Shown piece after piece: positions 29,832 to 43,909 of a stretch of 64,000 bases of DNA. The notes under the pieces are model-generated. The model did no database searches. It worked only from the letters and a program-made list of their open reading frames with translations, and was not told the origin of the DNA. Both the position numbers and the translations under genes were made by a program. This DNA is from the human T2T-CHM13v2.0 reference genome, Homo sapiens: the NCBI RefSeq assembly GCF_009914755.1, contig NC_060930.1. One strand, 5' to 3'. Each line of letters begins with the position of its first letter. Position 1 is the stretch's first letter.

Positions 29832-32800
29832 TATTCCATGGTGAATATATACCACGTTTTCTTTATCCACTCGTTGATTGATGGGCATTTGGGCTGGCTC
29901 CATATTTTTGAATTGCAAGTTGTGCTGCTATAAACATGTGTGTGAAAGTATCTTTTTTGTATAATGACTTCTTTTTCTTTGGGTGGATACCTGGTAGTGG
30001 GATTGCTGGATCAAACAGCAGATCTACTTCTAGTTCTTTGAGGACTAAGAGTTTGTTGTAGATGGCATTTATTACCATAAGCTATCTCACTTCTATGCCA
30101 GTTTTGCTAAGGGTTTTAATCATAAAGGGATGCTAGATTTTGTTAAATACTTTTTCTACATCTATTGAGATGATCATGTGATTTTTGTTTTTAATTCTGT
30201 TTATGTTATGTGGTGTATCACATTTATTGATTTGTGTATGTTAAACCATCCTTGCATCCCTGATATGTAACCCACTTCATCATGGTGGATTATCTTTTTG
30301 ATATGATGTTGGATTCAGTTAGCTAGTGTTTTGTTAAGGATTTTTGCCTCTATATTCATCAGGGATATGTTCTGTAGTTTTCTTTTTTTTTGTTATGTTC
30401 TTTCCTGGTTTTGGTATTAGGGTGATACTGGCTTCATAGAATTATTTATGGAGGATTCTCTTTTACTCTATCTTGTGCAATAGTGTCAATAGGATTCGTA
30501 CCAATTCTTTGAATGTCTAATAGAATTCAGCTGTGAATCCGTCTGGTCCTGGACTTTTTATTTCTTGGCAATTTTAAAATTACCATTTCAATCTCACTGC
30601 TTGTTCTTAGGCTGTTCAGAGATTCTATGTCTTTCTCGTTTAATTTAGGAGGGTTGTATATTTCCAGGAATTTATCCATTTCCTCTAGGTTTTCTGGTTT
30701 ATGTGCATAAAGGTGTTCCTAGTAGCCTTGAATGATCTTTTGCATTTCTGTGGTATCAGTTGTAATATCTCCTGATATTACATTCTAATTGAGCTTTCTA
30801 ATTTCTCAATTACTTTCTAATTGAGCTTATTTGGATGTTCTCTCTTCTTTTCTTGGTTAATCTCACTAACGGTCTATTAATTTTATTTATCATTTCAAAG
30901 AACCAGCTTTTTGTTTCATTTAGCATTTGTATTTTTTTGTTTCAATTTCATTTAGTTCTGTTCTGATCTTCATTATTTCTTTTCTTCTGACTGGTTTGGA
31001 TTATTCTTGTTTCTCCAGTTCCATGAGATGTGACCTTAGATTGTCTATTTGTGCTCTTTCAGACTTTTTGATGTAGGCATTTAATGCTTTGAACTTTCCT
31101 AGTGCCACTTTTCCTGTGTCCCAGAGGTTTTGATAGGTTGTGTCACTGTTATCATTTGGTTCAAAGAAGTTTTAAATTTCCATCTTGATTTCATTGTTGA
31201 CTCAATGATCATCCAGGAGCAGTTTATTTAATTTCCATGTATTTGCATGGTTTTGTGGGTTCCTTTTGGAGTTGATCCTTCTGGTTTCTTTTTTGATTTC
31301 CAATTGTATTTCACTGTAGTCTGAGAGAGTACTTGATATAATTTTGATATTCTTAAATTTACTGAGGCTTGTTTTATGGCCTATCATATGGCCTGTCTTG
31401 GAGAATGTTCCATGTGCTGGTGAATAGAATGTATATTCTGCAGTTGTTGGGTAGAATGTTCTGTAAATATCTGTTAAAACCATTTGTTTTAGGGTATAGT
31501 TTAAGTCCATTGTGTCTTTGTTGACTTTCTGTCTTGATTACCTGTCTAGTGTTGTCAGTGGAGTATTAAAGCCCCCTACTATTATTGTGTTGCTATCTCA
31601 TTTCTTAGGTCTAGTAGTAATTGTTTTATACATTGTTAGGTGCATATTTATTTAGAACTGTAATATTTTCCTATGGACTAGTCCTTTTATCATTATATAA
31701 TGTCCCTCTTTGTCTTTTTTAACTGCTGTTGCTTTAAAGTTTGTTTTGTCTGATACAAGAATAGCGACTCCTGCTTGCTTTTGGTGTCCATTTGCATGTA
31801 ATATCTTTTTCCACTCTTTTACCTTAAGTTTATTTGAGTCCTTATGTGTTACGTGAGTCTCCTGAGGAAAGCAGAAACTTAGTTCGTGAATTATTATTCA
31901 TTCTGTCGTTCTGTATCTTTTAAGTGGAGCATTTATGCCATTTACATTCAATGTTATTATTGAGATATGAGGTACTATTCTATTCATTTGCTTTTTGTTG
32001 CCTGAATTCCTTTTTTTTTTCAATGTGTCATTGGTATATGGGTTCTGTGAGATTTATGCTTTAAGGAGGTTCTGTTTTGGTGTATTTTGAGGATTGTTTC
32101 AAGATTTAGAGCTCCTTTTAGCAGTTTTTGTAGTGTTGGCTTGGGGCTTCGTAGGGACACATTCTCTCAACATTTGTTTGTCTGGAAAAGAATGTATCTT
32201 TTTTTCATTTATGAAGCTTAGTTTCACTGGATACAAAATTTTTGGCTGATAATTGCTTTGTTTAAGGAGGCTAAAATAGGACCGCAATCCCTTCTAGCTT
32301 GTAGGGTTTCTGCTGAGAAGTCTGCTGTTAATTTGATAGGTTTTCCTTTATAGGTTACACAGTGCTTTTGCCTCACAGCTCTTAATATTTTTTTCCTTTG
32401 TCTTGACTGTAGATAACCTGATGACTTTGTGCCTAGACGATGATCTTTTTGTGATGAATTTCCCAAGTGTTCTTTGAGCTTCTTGTATTCAGATGTCTAG
32501 ATCTCTAGCAAGGCTAGGGAAGTTTTCCTTGTTTGTTTTTTCAAATATGTTTTCCAAACTTTTACATTTCTTTTCTTCCTTGGGAACACCAATTATTCTT
32601 AGGTTTGGACATTTAACATAGTCCCAAACTTCTTGGAGGTTTTGTTCATTAAATTTTTTTTTCTTTGTCCTTGACAGATTGGGTTAATTTGAAAGCCTTT
32701 TCTTCGAACTCTGAAGTTCTTTCTTCGCTTCAATTCTATTGCTGAGACTTTCCAGTGCATTTTGCATTTCTTTAAGTGTGTCCTTGATTTCCAGAAGTTG

Positions 32801-34155
32801 TGATTGTTTTTCATTTATGCTGTGTATTTCACTGAATAATTTTCCTTTCATATCCCGTATCACGTTTTTTGTTTCTTTAAGTTGGACTTCACCTTTCTCT
32901 GGTGCCTTCCTGATTAGCTTAATAATTGACCTTCTGAATTCTTTTTCTGGCAATTCTCAGATTTCTTTTTGGTTTGGATCTGTTGCTGGTGAGCTGGTAT
33001 GCTCTTTTGGGAGTGTTAAAGAACCTCATTTTGTAGTATTACTAAAATTGTTTGCCTGGTTCCTTCTCATTTGGGTAGACTTTGTCAGAGGGAAGATCAT
33101 AGATTCAAGGGCTGCTGTTCAGGTTCTTTTGTCCCATGGGGTGCTCCCTTGATATGGTGTTCCACCCCCTTTCCCCTAGGAATGGGACTTCCTGAGAGCT
33201 GAACTGTAGTGACTGGTTTTACTCTTTTGGGTCTAGCCACCCAGTGGAGCTACTGGGCTCTGAGCTGGTATTGGGGAGTGTCTGCAAAGAGTCCTGTGAT
33301 GTGATCCATCTTCAGATCTTGCAGCCATGGATACCAGCACCTGCCCCGTTGGAGGTAGCAGGGGAGTTAAGTGGACTCTGTGAGGGTCTTTGGTTGTTTT
33401 TTTTGTTTAGAGAGCTGATTTTGTGTTGGTTGGCCTGCAGCCAGGAGGTGGTGCTTTAAAGAGTGTATCCTATGGGGAGGTCCTATAGGGAGGATGTAAA
33501 CTTTCCCTAGGGACACCTGGTTAAGTATTCAGGTTTCTCAGGTGGTGGGCAGGACTATAGAGCTCCCAAGAGATTATGACCTTTGTCTTTGCCTACCAGG
33601 ACTGGTAGAGAAAGACCACCAGGTGCCGGCAGGGATACGCATGTCTGAGATCAGCCTCTCTTTAGGCGGGGCTTGCTGCACCTGCTGTGGAGCATGGGAG
33701 TGTGGCTCCCAGGCCAATGGAGTTATATTCCCAGGGGGATTATTGCTATCTCTGCTGAGTCATACAGGTCGCTAGGGAAGTGGGGGAAAGCCAGCAGTCA
33801 CAGGCCTCAACCTGCTCCCACACAGCTGGCAGTCCTAAAGGCTGGTCTCACTCCCACCATGTCCGCAAAAGCACTGAGTCTATTTCCAGGCAGCCAGTGA
33901 CCAGGACTGAGAACTTGCCCCAGACCACGAGCCTCCCTGTTGAGAAAGCAAGCAGACTCACACAGTATTTTGGCATCTCAGAGAGCCTGCCAGGGTGATC
34001 CAGTTCCTTCACAGGGTCTGTAGATTATCTCGGCTTTTCTTGTATGGTCCTGTGGTAGTTCTTGGAGCAAAAGTTCACCATGTGAGTCTTTACATGCTGC
34101 TCTGTCTGTCTGAGTGGGAGCTGCAAGTTAGCCTTGCCTCCTCTCTACCATCTTA
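29832..34155 (-). mobile_element. L1PB-type LINE-1 with 5'UTR, ORF1 and 5' ORF2; large ORF2 deletion near 30047
   Basis: ORF1p pieces 32684..32953 (coiled coil) and 32224..32466 (TYKGKPIKLTADFSAETLQARRD); endonuclease piece 31202..31510; all disrupted. Confidence 0.93.
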
Positions 34156-34325
34156 ATCTAATCACCCTCCTCCATTAAATATATTTTTTACAAAAATTTT
34201 TTGATCATGAGGACTTCTTGTTTATGATGAAGAGATTTGATCCATTAATGTTTAATATTGTAAGACTTTATGTGATTGTTCAAAAGATTGTATTTTAAAT
34301 GATAAAAAACCACAGAGTGTAATAT

Positions 34326-34680
34326 ATTTTTTGAAATATTTGTGGATACATAGGAGGTGCATATATTTATGGGGCACATTAGACATTTTAATACAGGCAT
34401 GTCATGTGAAATAATCACATCATGGAGAATAGGATATCTGTCCCCTCAAGCATTTATCCTTTGTGTTGAACAATATCCAATTACACTCTTTTAGCTATTT
34501 TAAAATGTACAGTTAAGTTATTACTGACACTGCACTCTTCACAATAGCTAAGGTTTGGAAGCAGCTTAAGTGTCCATCAGCAGATTAATGGATAAAGAAA
34601 ATGTGATACATGTGTACACATTGGAGTACTATTCAGCTGTAGAAATGAATGAGATCCTGTCATTTTCAACAACATGAATA
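34326..34680 (-). mobile_element. L1MA 3' fragment with 5' inversion
   Basis: Antisense 3' end 34326-34528 joined to a sense upstream segment 34529-34680; degenerate TSD agagtgtaata / agagagtaata. Confidence 0.85.
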
Positions 34681-35099
34681 GAGAGTAATACTTTTAAAGG
34701 AAACTGCAAAATGGAAATCAAAGTCATGAATTAGAAGAAAAAAAACAAGTTTGTTTGGAACTATTTGCTATATCTGTTTAAAACATAGCATTCTTTTTGA
34801 ATGGCTCTTCTGCTCTTTGCCCTTCCATACTGGATACTGCCTCAGATCAACAGAGAAATTATCATAGAAATTCTGACTCTTTTTTGTTCTTTCACAGTTA
34901 ATGCAATATAAATTTTGTTCATTGTACTTTAAGAGATGCCAAGGGGTTTGGTTTGCAATATATCTATGAAATAAGCACTTAAAAATCTTTAAAGGATTTT
35001 TTTCATTACAAAACAAATAATTTAAAATCTTTTTATTTAGGAAACAAGATGGAAGAACATGTTAACCATAGCAGCCACTAAAATCTTTCTCCGTATCTA

Positions 35100-35240
35100 T
35101 TCAGTTACTTCTTCACTTACTCATCCATATTATCGAATGTCAACCTAACACCATACACTGTCCCAAGTACTGGGAATATAGTGGTAAATACAAAAATGTC
35201 CGAAACCGCAACTTGTACTATTGTCCCCGATTTAAGTTCT
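35100..35240 (-). mobile_element. L2 3' end
   Basis: cactgtcccaagtactgggaatatagtggtaaatacaa. Confidence 0.5.
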
Positions 35241-35705
35241 TTGTTTTCAATAGAAGTTTTGGCAGCTTGAAGGGCCTTTGAGTGGCTTACAAAAAGCACA
35301 AAGATAAGACAGTCAGGAATACAATGCAAGAACACCTTTGGTTGTTTGTTTCATTTCTTTCTCTTTCCTAAAAGTTGAAGCCATGTAGGATAGTAGAGTG
35401 AATCATAAACAAATGGTAGCATACAAATAAACAACATGTACAAATATTTAATTGAGGGTAACAACTAGATTTTATTAATCAAGATTTTACTGAATATACT
35501 CTTGGTTCTTCCCCATCACCAAGTAGTTGCAAAACAAATGAATATTGGACATTCATGCACTGATGCAAGTCTAATAATCATTAAATTCCATCTTATTTTT
35601 GGCCTTTTGACATATGAACCTATTTAATTTTTCAGAGATAACTTTACATAAAGGGTGTCATTCAGTACCCATAAAATATGTAATTATCCATGGCATATTG
35701 ATGTG

Positions 35706-35865
35706 TATGTATGTATAAGTAGAAACATAGATGCATTACATATATTTTTACAGAAAGGATGGCCACAGGTTAGTTAGTGAGATTCTATGTATGCATGAGT
35801 AGAAACATAGACGCATTACATATATTTTTGCAGATAGGATGGCCACAGATTAGTTAGTGAGATTC
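35706..35865. repeat. 80-bp tandem duplication (2 copies, 6 mismatches)
   Basis: 35706-35785 and 35786-35865 aligned by eye. Confidence 0.95.
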
Positions 35866-35888
35866 AAGGAGGAATGAAAGACTCCTTG

Positions 35889-36286
35889 AATGGTAGATTG
35901 TATTATTCAAAGAATTGTTTGCTGTTCTTTCTTACTGGCTCCTCCCTGCTAGAGGATTATATTTTCTATTCCACTGATGTTAGGTTTGTCAAGAGACTTG
36001 CTTTGGTCAATGTAATGTAGTGAAAATGATGTGCACCACTCCCAGATGAAGCTTTAAGAGCCAATACATAATTCCACATTACTCTTCGCCCTATGCCATG
36101 AGACCACATGTCTCAGTTAGCTGTAGCTTCTTCAGCTTGGGTTTTCCAGTGAAGAGGATAGATAGCAGAGTTGCAGCCAATCCACAAATGAGAAGTAAGG
36201 AGATCAAGAAACATTTATAGCTTTAAGTCATCAAGATTTTTTATTTTGGTCACCTCAGCAGAATTTAGCCTAAACTGGAAGATACA
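35889..36286 (+). mobile_element. MLT1I/J-like LTR
   Basis: gacttgctttggtcaatg..gaagctttaagagcca...tagcctaaactggaagataca end. Confidence 0.75.
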
Positions 36287-36319
36287 GACAAATATAATAT
36301 TAATTACTAATATCGAATA

Positions 36320-36520
36320 GTTTCTGTGGACAAAGAATGACATTTGTTAATTTCACACTTGTCTCATGTGATCCTCATAATCATTCTATGGTTAGAAATA
36401 ATCACATCCTCATTTCACAACTGAGAAAAATGCAGCCCATCAAATTTGCTCAGGATTATCTAGCTAATAAGATACATGAAATATGAATAGGAACATAAGT
36501 TTAGCTAATTTCTAAGTTTC
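36320..36520 (-). mobile_element. MIR SINE
   Basis: atcctcataatcattctatg..cctcatttcacaactgagaaaa. Confidence 0.55.
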
Positions 36521-38489
36521 ACCCACAGGGTCCTGCCTCATTGGACTTTAGAATTAGATATCATATAATACAATATGTTCATTTTACAAAAGAGTAAACT
36601 CAAGTTCTCAATTACCTGTCATATATAGTTCCACTACCTAGCTATAAAGCTGCAACTTAAAGCACTAATCTCCTGGAGCTAGAACTCAAATTTGTAGTCT
36701 GTACTTATTGTCTAGTACTCGTGTGTGTGATTGTATATACATATACATATGTAAAATGATACCTTTGTCAATATGAAATATATAGGGCATGTAAATAATA
36801 TTTATATGTCTTTTTGGGATTAGGACAATAAACCTTAAAATTAAGAATTAATTTATCATAGCATGTATTTTTACCAATCTGTTAATCTAATACCAAGACA
36901 AGCAATGAAAATGTTTTGAGTTACTATTTTTTATTATGTAGTTATAGAGTCATTTTGGTTTGTATATTATGAACTCATAATTATAATAGTGTTGCTCATC
37001 ATTGTTTTCCTTTTCCTTGAGCTAAAAAAAATATAAATAGGATAATCCTATTTCCTGAGGTGACTTAATACTTAATCTTTTATTTCTTGTTTACTTTGTC
37101 ATTAAAATAAGACATTCTACTTCAGTCTATTAAAAATATAGTTATACTGTATTCAGAGACATAATTTAGCTTTACTAAATAAAATATACATATCTAGTTG
37201 TTCTTAAGTTAGGAGTATTTATTTAAAAAGGAGAAAATTTTAAAAACTGCTTTTATAAAATCTTGCAATAACAAACCGTGTAAATATATAAATGTGCTAT
37301 AAAGTCTATTAATAGGCATTTTGTTTACGTATTTTTATCTCAATTATCCATGCCCATAGGACTCATTCAATCAATCTTTCACTAAGTAGTTTTCAAAATA
37401 TAATTACTCTTATGGGTAGGTCTAAGAACAGCAGTGTCATTTACACTATAGTTCACTAATTGCACTTCCAAGCTATTATAATGAATTATACCAGTACATT
37501 CTTCAAGAAGATCAGTTAATGCTAATCACTTGTATCGCATATATCACTTAGAAGAGATCCATCCGTAAAAGCCTTTCATTTACAGCCTCATTTCTTTTTA
37601 ATTCCCTTGTAATGCAAGTTATAGCTGTAAATATATACAACATGTGCTTCTGTTACCTGTTACCCTGTTGGATTGATTCTGAGTTAAGTATTGAAATCTA
37701 GAGACTATAATCTTTTATGGTAGGAGTAATACTATTTATTTTAAAATCTTGTGTAATAATTATTCTTATTATACACAATTAAATCATTACAATACATATA
37801 ATTATCTACATTTGGATAAAATATTAAGGACCTAAATAAAATCTTATTTCCTCTAAATATTTTTATCATCCCCTCCAATGTTCCCAGACTATATTTTTGC
37901 ATTTCTTTCTATGTTCAAGAAAACTGGTATTTAATATGTTTATTACTTAAAAATAAATGACAAGAAGATTTATGTTTTTAAACCTATACATAATGGTAAG
38001 ATTTTCCAGACAATGAACATAGATACTAGGGTGTAAGCATATTGTTTTTTGGTAGAATATTGAAATAATTTTGTAGACCGAGTATCATGACAGAAGATTA
38101 CATAAAGGGACAAAAATATAGAAAACTTCCTTTAAAATATTTCTTCTTTGTAAAATTTACCTATTAGGTAGTGTTTCTATAAATGTCACAGAAATGGAGA
38201 AATAGGAGAATCTTTTATTATCATTAGATATATATTATCATAAAATAAAAGTACAATTTGAATATTGGAGATGTTGATTTATTACGTGCTATTTGTTTTC
38301 TATTCAAAACAATACTTCTTAGAATTAATATAACTTGTTCTTAAGTAAGAGAAAAGGTTGTTGCATGTTGTAATCATGATTTAAATTTCTGACCTCACCT
38401 CATAAAATCAAGAGTGAAAGAGAAAAGATGACTTTGGTGAGTCTTCATTAGAAGGAGTTAAAACTGATAATAATATATGACTAATTAAT

Positions 38490-38680
38490 ATATAAAGTTC
38501 AGATTACACATATCTTTTAAAATCCTCTACAAAATAATGTTCTTGTCCCTATTTTACAGATAGTAAAACTAAGACTCAGAGAGATAACTTGCCCAAGATG
38601 ACACAAGTGTTAAGAGATAGTACTGGGCTTTAAAACCATTAGGCCTAATTCAGAATTGTAACTTTGATATTCTACTGAAG
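38490..38680 (-). mobile_element. MIR SINE
   Basis: cctattttacagatagtaaaactaagactcagagagataacttgcccaagatgacaca. Confidence 0.75.
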
Positions 38681-39038
38681 TTTTGTGTATGTTTGTATAT
38701 TGAGATGTGGCTGTGATAGGTTATGGTACAAAGTCTACTCTCAAAACTCCGTTTTGCTGTTCTACAGTACAGGGCTTTACCAACATACAAAGTTAAGTGT
38801 TTGTGTTTGCCTGATATTTGTTATATTCATGCAAGGAGATGGACCAGTCATTCTCATTGGCTCTTGTAAGCACCAGAACTAAGAAAACATTTAGCAGTGT
38901 TGTCCCTAGATGAATTATCTCAACATTTGCAAGAAAAATGGATGCCTTAATTTCAGAGCTAACTTCCAGTTGATATGCTTAATCATAGAGCAAAATATCA
39001 TTTTAAAACATGTCAAACGACGATGCAAATGAGATTAA

Positions 39039-39353
<315 letters not shown>

Positions 39354-39564
39354 CCCAAAACACCTTCTAATAAAAGCCTGAGAATAGTAATTCTATTCTG
39401 TAACACCAGTAGTATATTTTATTCCATTGATTATTGTTGATGTTACTTTGTTTTAAAATATGGTTGGTATTTAGGTTATATGTTGATTTTTTGTTTCTTT
39501 TATGGGTAGAAATTCAGAGAAGAGCTATTTTATTCAACATTCAGATACATAAAAGTAAAGATTT

Positions 39565-40890
39565 CAGTTTCTAAGAATTCAGTGGCAGGAACCAGATTTA
39601 TATTTTCACCCTAAGAACTGGGTAAAATAAATGAAACACAGTTTCAGATTTTAGATGACAGACCACACAGGATAATGATTCCTGAGAGTAGAGAGCCGTC
39701 CTGGAGAACCCTATGGTTGCCCCCACTTCTTAATTGGAGAGCATTTCCAGGATGCAGCCCAAGGAAGGGCAATCCAAACAGAACCTGTTGGTCTTGTTGG
39801 ATTGAAAAGAAGGAATTCGAGCTTTGGGGAGGCCAAGACAGCAAGAAATTGTGAGGCAAAATATGCCAAAGGGATCCACAGAAAGTGAATGCTGGAGATG
39901 TACTAAAGGGTCCCTTTTAGTATTTGACTATGCATGAGGTCATCTTGCAGTCAGAGAAAGAACCACTAGGAAGGAGCAGGTAGAACAATTCTAGAAGCTC
40001 ATATAGGGCAGAGAATGGTTTGTGTTCCTTCCAGCCAAAGTGAAAAGAATGCCCAATTTATAGGCATTGAGGACAATCCTCAGAATGGTAATGCCTTAAG
40101 AGTGAGTCCAAACTGGCCCTAGCCTAAAAAATTCCCAGATCCCAGGCTAACAGAGTTAAAAAGAAAGACTCAAAGAATGAAACTAATTATAAGTAATTTA
40201 ATTATGTTAACCATAAGCTTAACCATATTTAAATAAGCTTAATCATATTTAAAATAATACAACAAAATTTAGCACCCAGAAATTTAAAATTCGAAATTTC
40301 TTACCTCCAATGAAAAAACTATCAGACACACACAAAAGGGAGAATTGACCTAGAACTAGGATTAACTTTAATCCGTAGAAACAGACCCAGAAATGATAGA
40401 GATGATAAAATTAGTAGACAAGGATGTCAAAACAGCAATTATAAATAAAATCTACATGTTCAAGAAGATAGGAGAAAACATGATCATGAAAAGGAGAGAA
40501 AACGATGTTATAAAAAGTACCCACATTTCTAGATGAAAAATATAATATCTGAAATGAAAAACACTGGCTGGAATTAATAGCAGATTAGACACTATAGAAG
40601 AAACATCAGTTAACTCGAAAACATAACAATAGATACTATCAAAAGTGAAGCACAGAGTAAAAAAAGATTGGGAAAAAAAAGAACAGAGTATTAATAACAT
40701 ATGAGATTATAACTTGTAGTCTAATATATATGCAATTAGAGTCCCAAAAAGAGAGGAATGAAGGGTCCCCAAAATATTTGAAGAAACAATGGTCAAAAAA
40801 CTTTCAAATTTTAAAATGTGCTAAACCCACAGATTCAAGAAGGTGAATGAAGCCCAAACAGAAGAAACATCCAATATACCCAAATAGTCA
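39565..40890 (+). mobile_element. Old L1M (L1ME/MD-type) 5'UTR and ORF1 fragment
   Basis: gaaacagacccagaaatgatagagatgataaaattagtagacaagga...aacccacagattcaagaag ORF1 pattern. Confidence 0.75.
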
Positions 40891-42064
40891 TAGTAATAAA
40901 TTTTAATCTCTTTATTCTGAATAATTATTTAGATTGTATTCCCATTCTGCAAATGAGGAACCCAGAATTTAGACTGTTGATTAGCCGACAATCCTCAGTT
41001 TGTCTGTCAGACCCTGGCAGACAGAGAACTTTCCTTCCTTTACAGGGCTCAACCATGTGGGGTTTTGGGGTGCTATTGGCTGGTGGGCCACAACTGCCTT
41101 TCAATATGGTGCCTTTGAACCAGCGTTCAAATATGTGTAGCTCTACATAGTCTAAGTAAATTCCATTTGTACTATGGCCTTTTGCATAATGAACTCATAC
41201 TGTGCATACAACATGTTGAAGGCTAATGAACAACTAGAAACTGGGGAGCTGGAGAAAATTATGTGCCAACAATATCTGACATTAGAGCCTATATTAACCC
41301 CTGCAGAAAATAAAAGAATTGGTAGATTAGAACAAAAACTGTGCTGTCGTTTCTTTATTATGAAAAATAAAAAAGAAAGAACAATTGAAAAATGACAGAG
41401 CCAATCAATTTAGGAATAAGACTGAAAACAACAAAAGCAAAAGGTAACAGTATACAAAAATAAACCGGTGAGTCAAAACTCTTTATAACCAGGATCCAAA
41501 CATGAAGGGATGATGAATTTAGGCAGCTGTTTCTATAGAAGTGTTTTTTGCTTGCTATTTAGTTTTCTAACATCCGTTGTCTAAACTGCATGACCTTATC
41601 TTTCCCTATTCTAATCTCTCTCATTGCTTAAAATTTTTACTCTTTTATTTCAAAATGTGGCTGTCATCCTTTGATCCACTAATTGGCTTTATTGCTCTAG
41701 CACCCTTCTTGCCTTCTCTATGTGTTGCCTGATGATTTTTTAAAAATTAAATCATTCCTACTATCTCACATTCCTCCTTTCCCGTTGTTCCCCCTTTTCT
41801 CTGGATATCTAGAACTGTAGCACACAAAGATCCTGCTTCTGAGAGAAATTTCCATTGTTTCAAACATTGACCTTGTGAGATCCCTTTTTAAATGTTGAAT
41901 ATTTAAAGTAATGTTGGAACAAGGACACCAAGCCATGATCCACTGAGATTTTTTAGGATATAGGAATTCTGTTCTTTCGTGTGCCAATCTTCTAGAAACT
42001 GATACAAAACTTCCAGAATGTTTTCTTTTTTAATCACCTTGTCAACACCAACTTTTCCTAGGAT

Positions 42065-42360
42065 CAGAATCTTTTAATCTAGGGTTCACAAGGAGTATGT
42101 AGGTAGAACTCAGGGTGAGAATAAAAATTGTATCTTTATACTAGCTTCTGATGAAATTTAGCATTTCCTTCAATTATAAAGGTAGGCAACAAACCACAGT
42201 GGTGTTAGCAGTACTTGTGACTTTAGTATTTAATGTGAATCATTACTATTTTCATATTGTACTACAAGTATTAAAGATAACTAAAAATTGTTTACCTTCA
42301 TCACTATTTCAAAGTTAGCATTATTAGAATTGCTGTTAGATAGATACTGTTAATAAATTT
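42065..42360. mobile_element. MER113-like hAT-Charlie, part 1
   Basis: aaatttagcatttccttcaattat..aggcaacaaaccacagt; continues after the L1. Confidence 0.65.
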
Positions 42361-42361
42361 T

Positions 42362-43750
42362 AAAAAATCACTATTATCCCTATACATCAACAACAGTCAA
42401 GGCAAGAGCCAAATCAGGAACAAACTCCCGTTCACAATAGCTACAAAAAGAATAAAATACCTAGGAATACAGCTAACTAAGGAGGTGAAAGATCTCTACA
42501 AGGAGAACTACAAGCCACAGGAGAACTACAAATTGCTCAAGGAAGTCAGAGATAACACAAATGAAAAAACATTCCATGCTTATGGATAGGAAGAATCAAT
42601 ATTCAAACTATACTACAGGGCTACAGTGATATTAACTCAAGATGAATTAAAAACTTAAATGTAAAGCCCCAAATTATAAAAGCCCTGGAAGACAACCTAG
42701 GCAATACCATTCAGGACATAGGCATGGACAAAAATTTCATGATGAAGATGCCAAAAGCAATTGCAACAAAAGCAAAAATTGACAAATAGGATCCAATTAA
42801 ACTAACGAGCTTCTGCACAGCAAAAGAAACTATCAAGAGTAAAGAGATAACCTACAGAATGGGAGAAAATATTTGCAAACTATGCATCTGACAAAGGTCT
42901 AATATTCAGCATCTATAAGGAACTTAATTTACAAGAAAAAAACAACCCCATAAAAAGGTAGGCAAAGAACATGAACAGACATGTTTCAAAAGAAGACACA
43001 CATGTGGCCAGCAATCATATGCAAAAAAGCTCAGCATCATGGCTCATTTGAGAAATGCAAATGAAAACCACAATGAGATACCATCTCACACCAGTCAGAA
43101 TGGCTTTTACTAAAAAGTCAGAAAGTAACAGATGCTGGGCAAGGTTGTGGAGAAAAAGAACACTTATACATTGTTGATGGGAGTGTTATTAGTTCAACCG
43201 TTGTGAAAGACAGTGTGGCAATTCCTCAAAGACCTAAAGACAGAAATACCATTAAATCATTCTGTTATAAAGACACATGCATGTATATATTCATTGCAAC
43301 ACAATTCACAATAGTAAAGACATGAATCAACCTAAATGCCCATCAGTGATAGACTGGATAAAGAAATTGTGGTACATATACACCACTAAATACTATGTAG
43401 CCATAGGAAAGAGTGAGATCATGTCCTTTTCAGGGACATGGATGGCGATGGAGGCCATTATCCTTAGCAAACTAACACAAAACAGAAAACCAAATACCAC
43501 ATGGTCTCACTTATAAGTGGGAGCTAAATGATGAGAACATTTGGACGCATAGAGGGGAATAACACATACTGGGGCCTATCAGAGGGTGGAGGGTGGGAAG
43601 AGGGAGAGGATCAGGAAAAATAACTAATGGATACTAGGCTTAATAACTGGGTGATGAAATAATCTGTACAACAAACCCTCATCACACAAGTTTACCTATG
43701 TAATAAACCTGCACATGTACCCCTGAAGTTTAGATAAAAGTTAAAAAAAA
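42362..43750 (+). mobile_element. L1PA13-16-type 3' fragment with internal deletions
   Basis: ORF2 C-terminus (43277..43516, NQPKCPSVIDWIKKLWYIYT) and 3'UTR ending aataaacctgcacatgtacccctgaa..A tail. Confidence 0.92.
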
Positions 43751-43754
43751 TGAA

Positions 43755-43909
43755 GTAAACAACAATAAAATCATATCTTTTAAAACTATTTTGAAATTGA
43801 AATGTTAATATATTTGGCTTTCAATGTAGTCTTATAGATATACCCTTTCATGCATTTAAAAACACTATCTGAGAAGAGGGTCATGGCACAAAACAGGTTG
43901 GAATTCCTG
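43755..43909. mobile_element. MER113-like, part 2
   Basis: gcatttaaaaacactatctgagaagagggtcatggcacaaaacaggtt..cctg terminus. Confidence 0.65.

Noticed and set aside
40213-40253. Short tandem duplications here and at ~30784-30830 and ~42500-42531
   Set aside because: Ordinary slippage duplications inside L1s.
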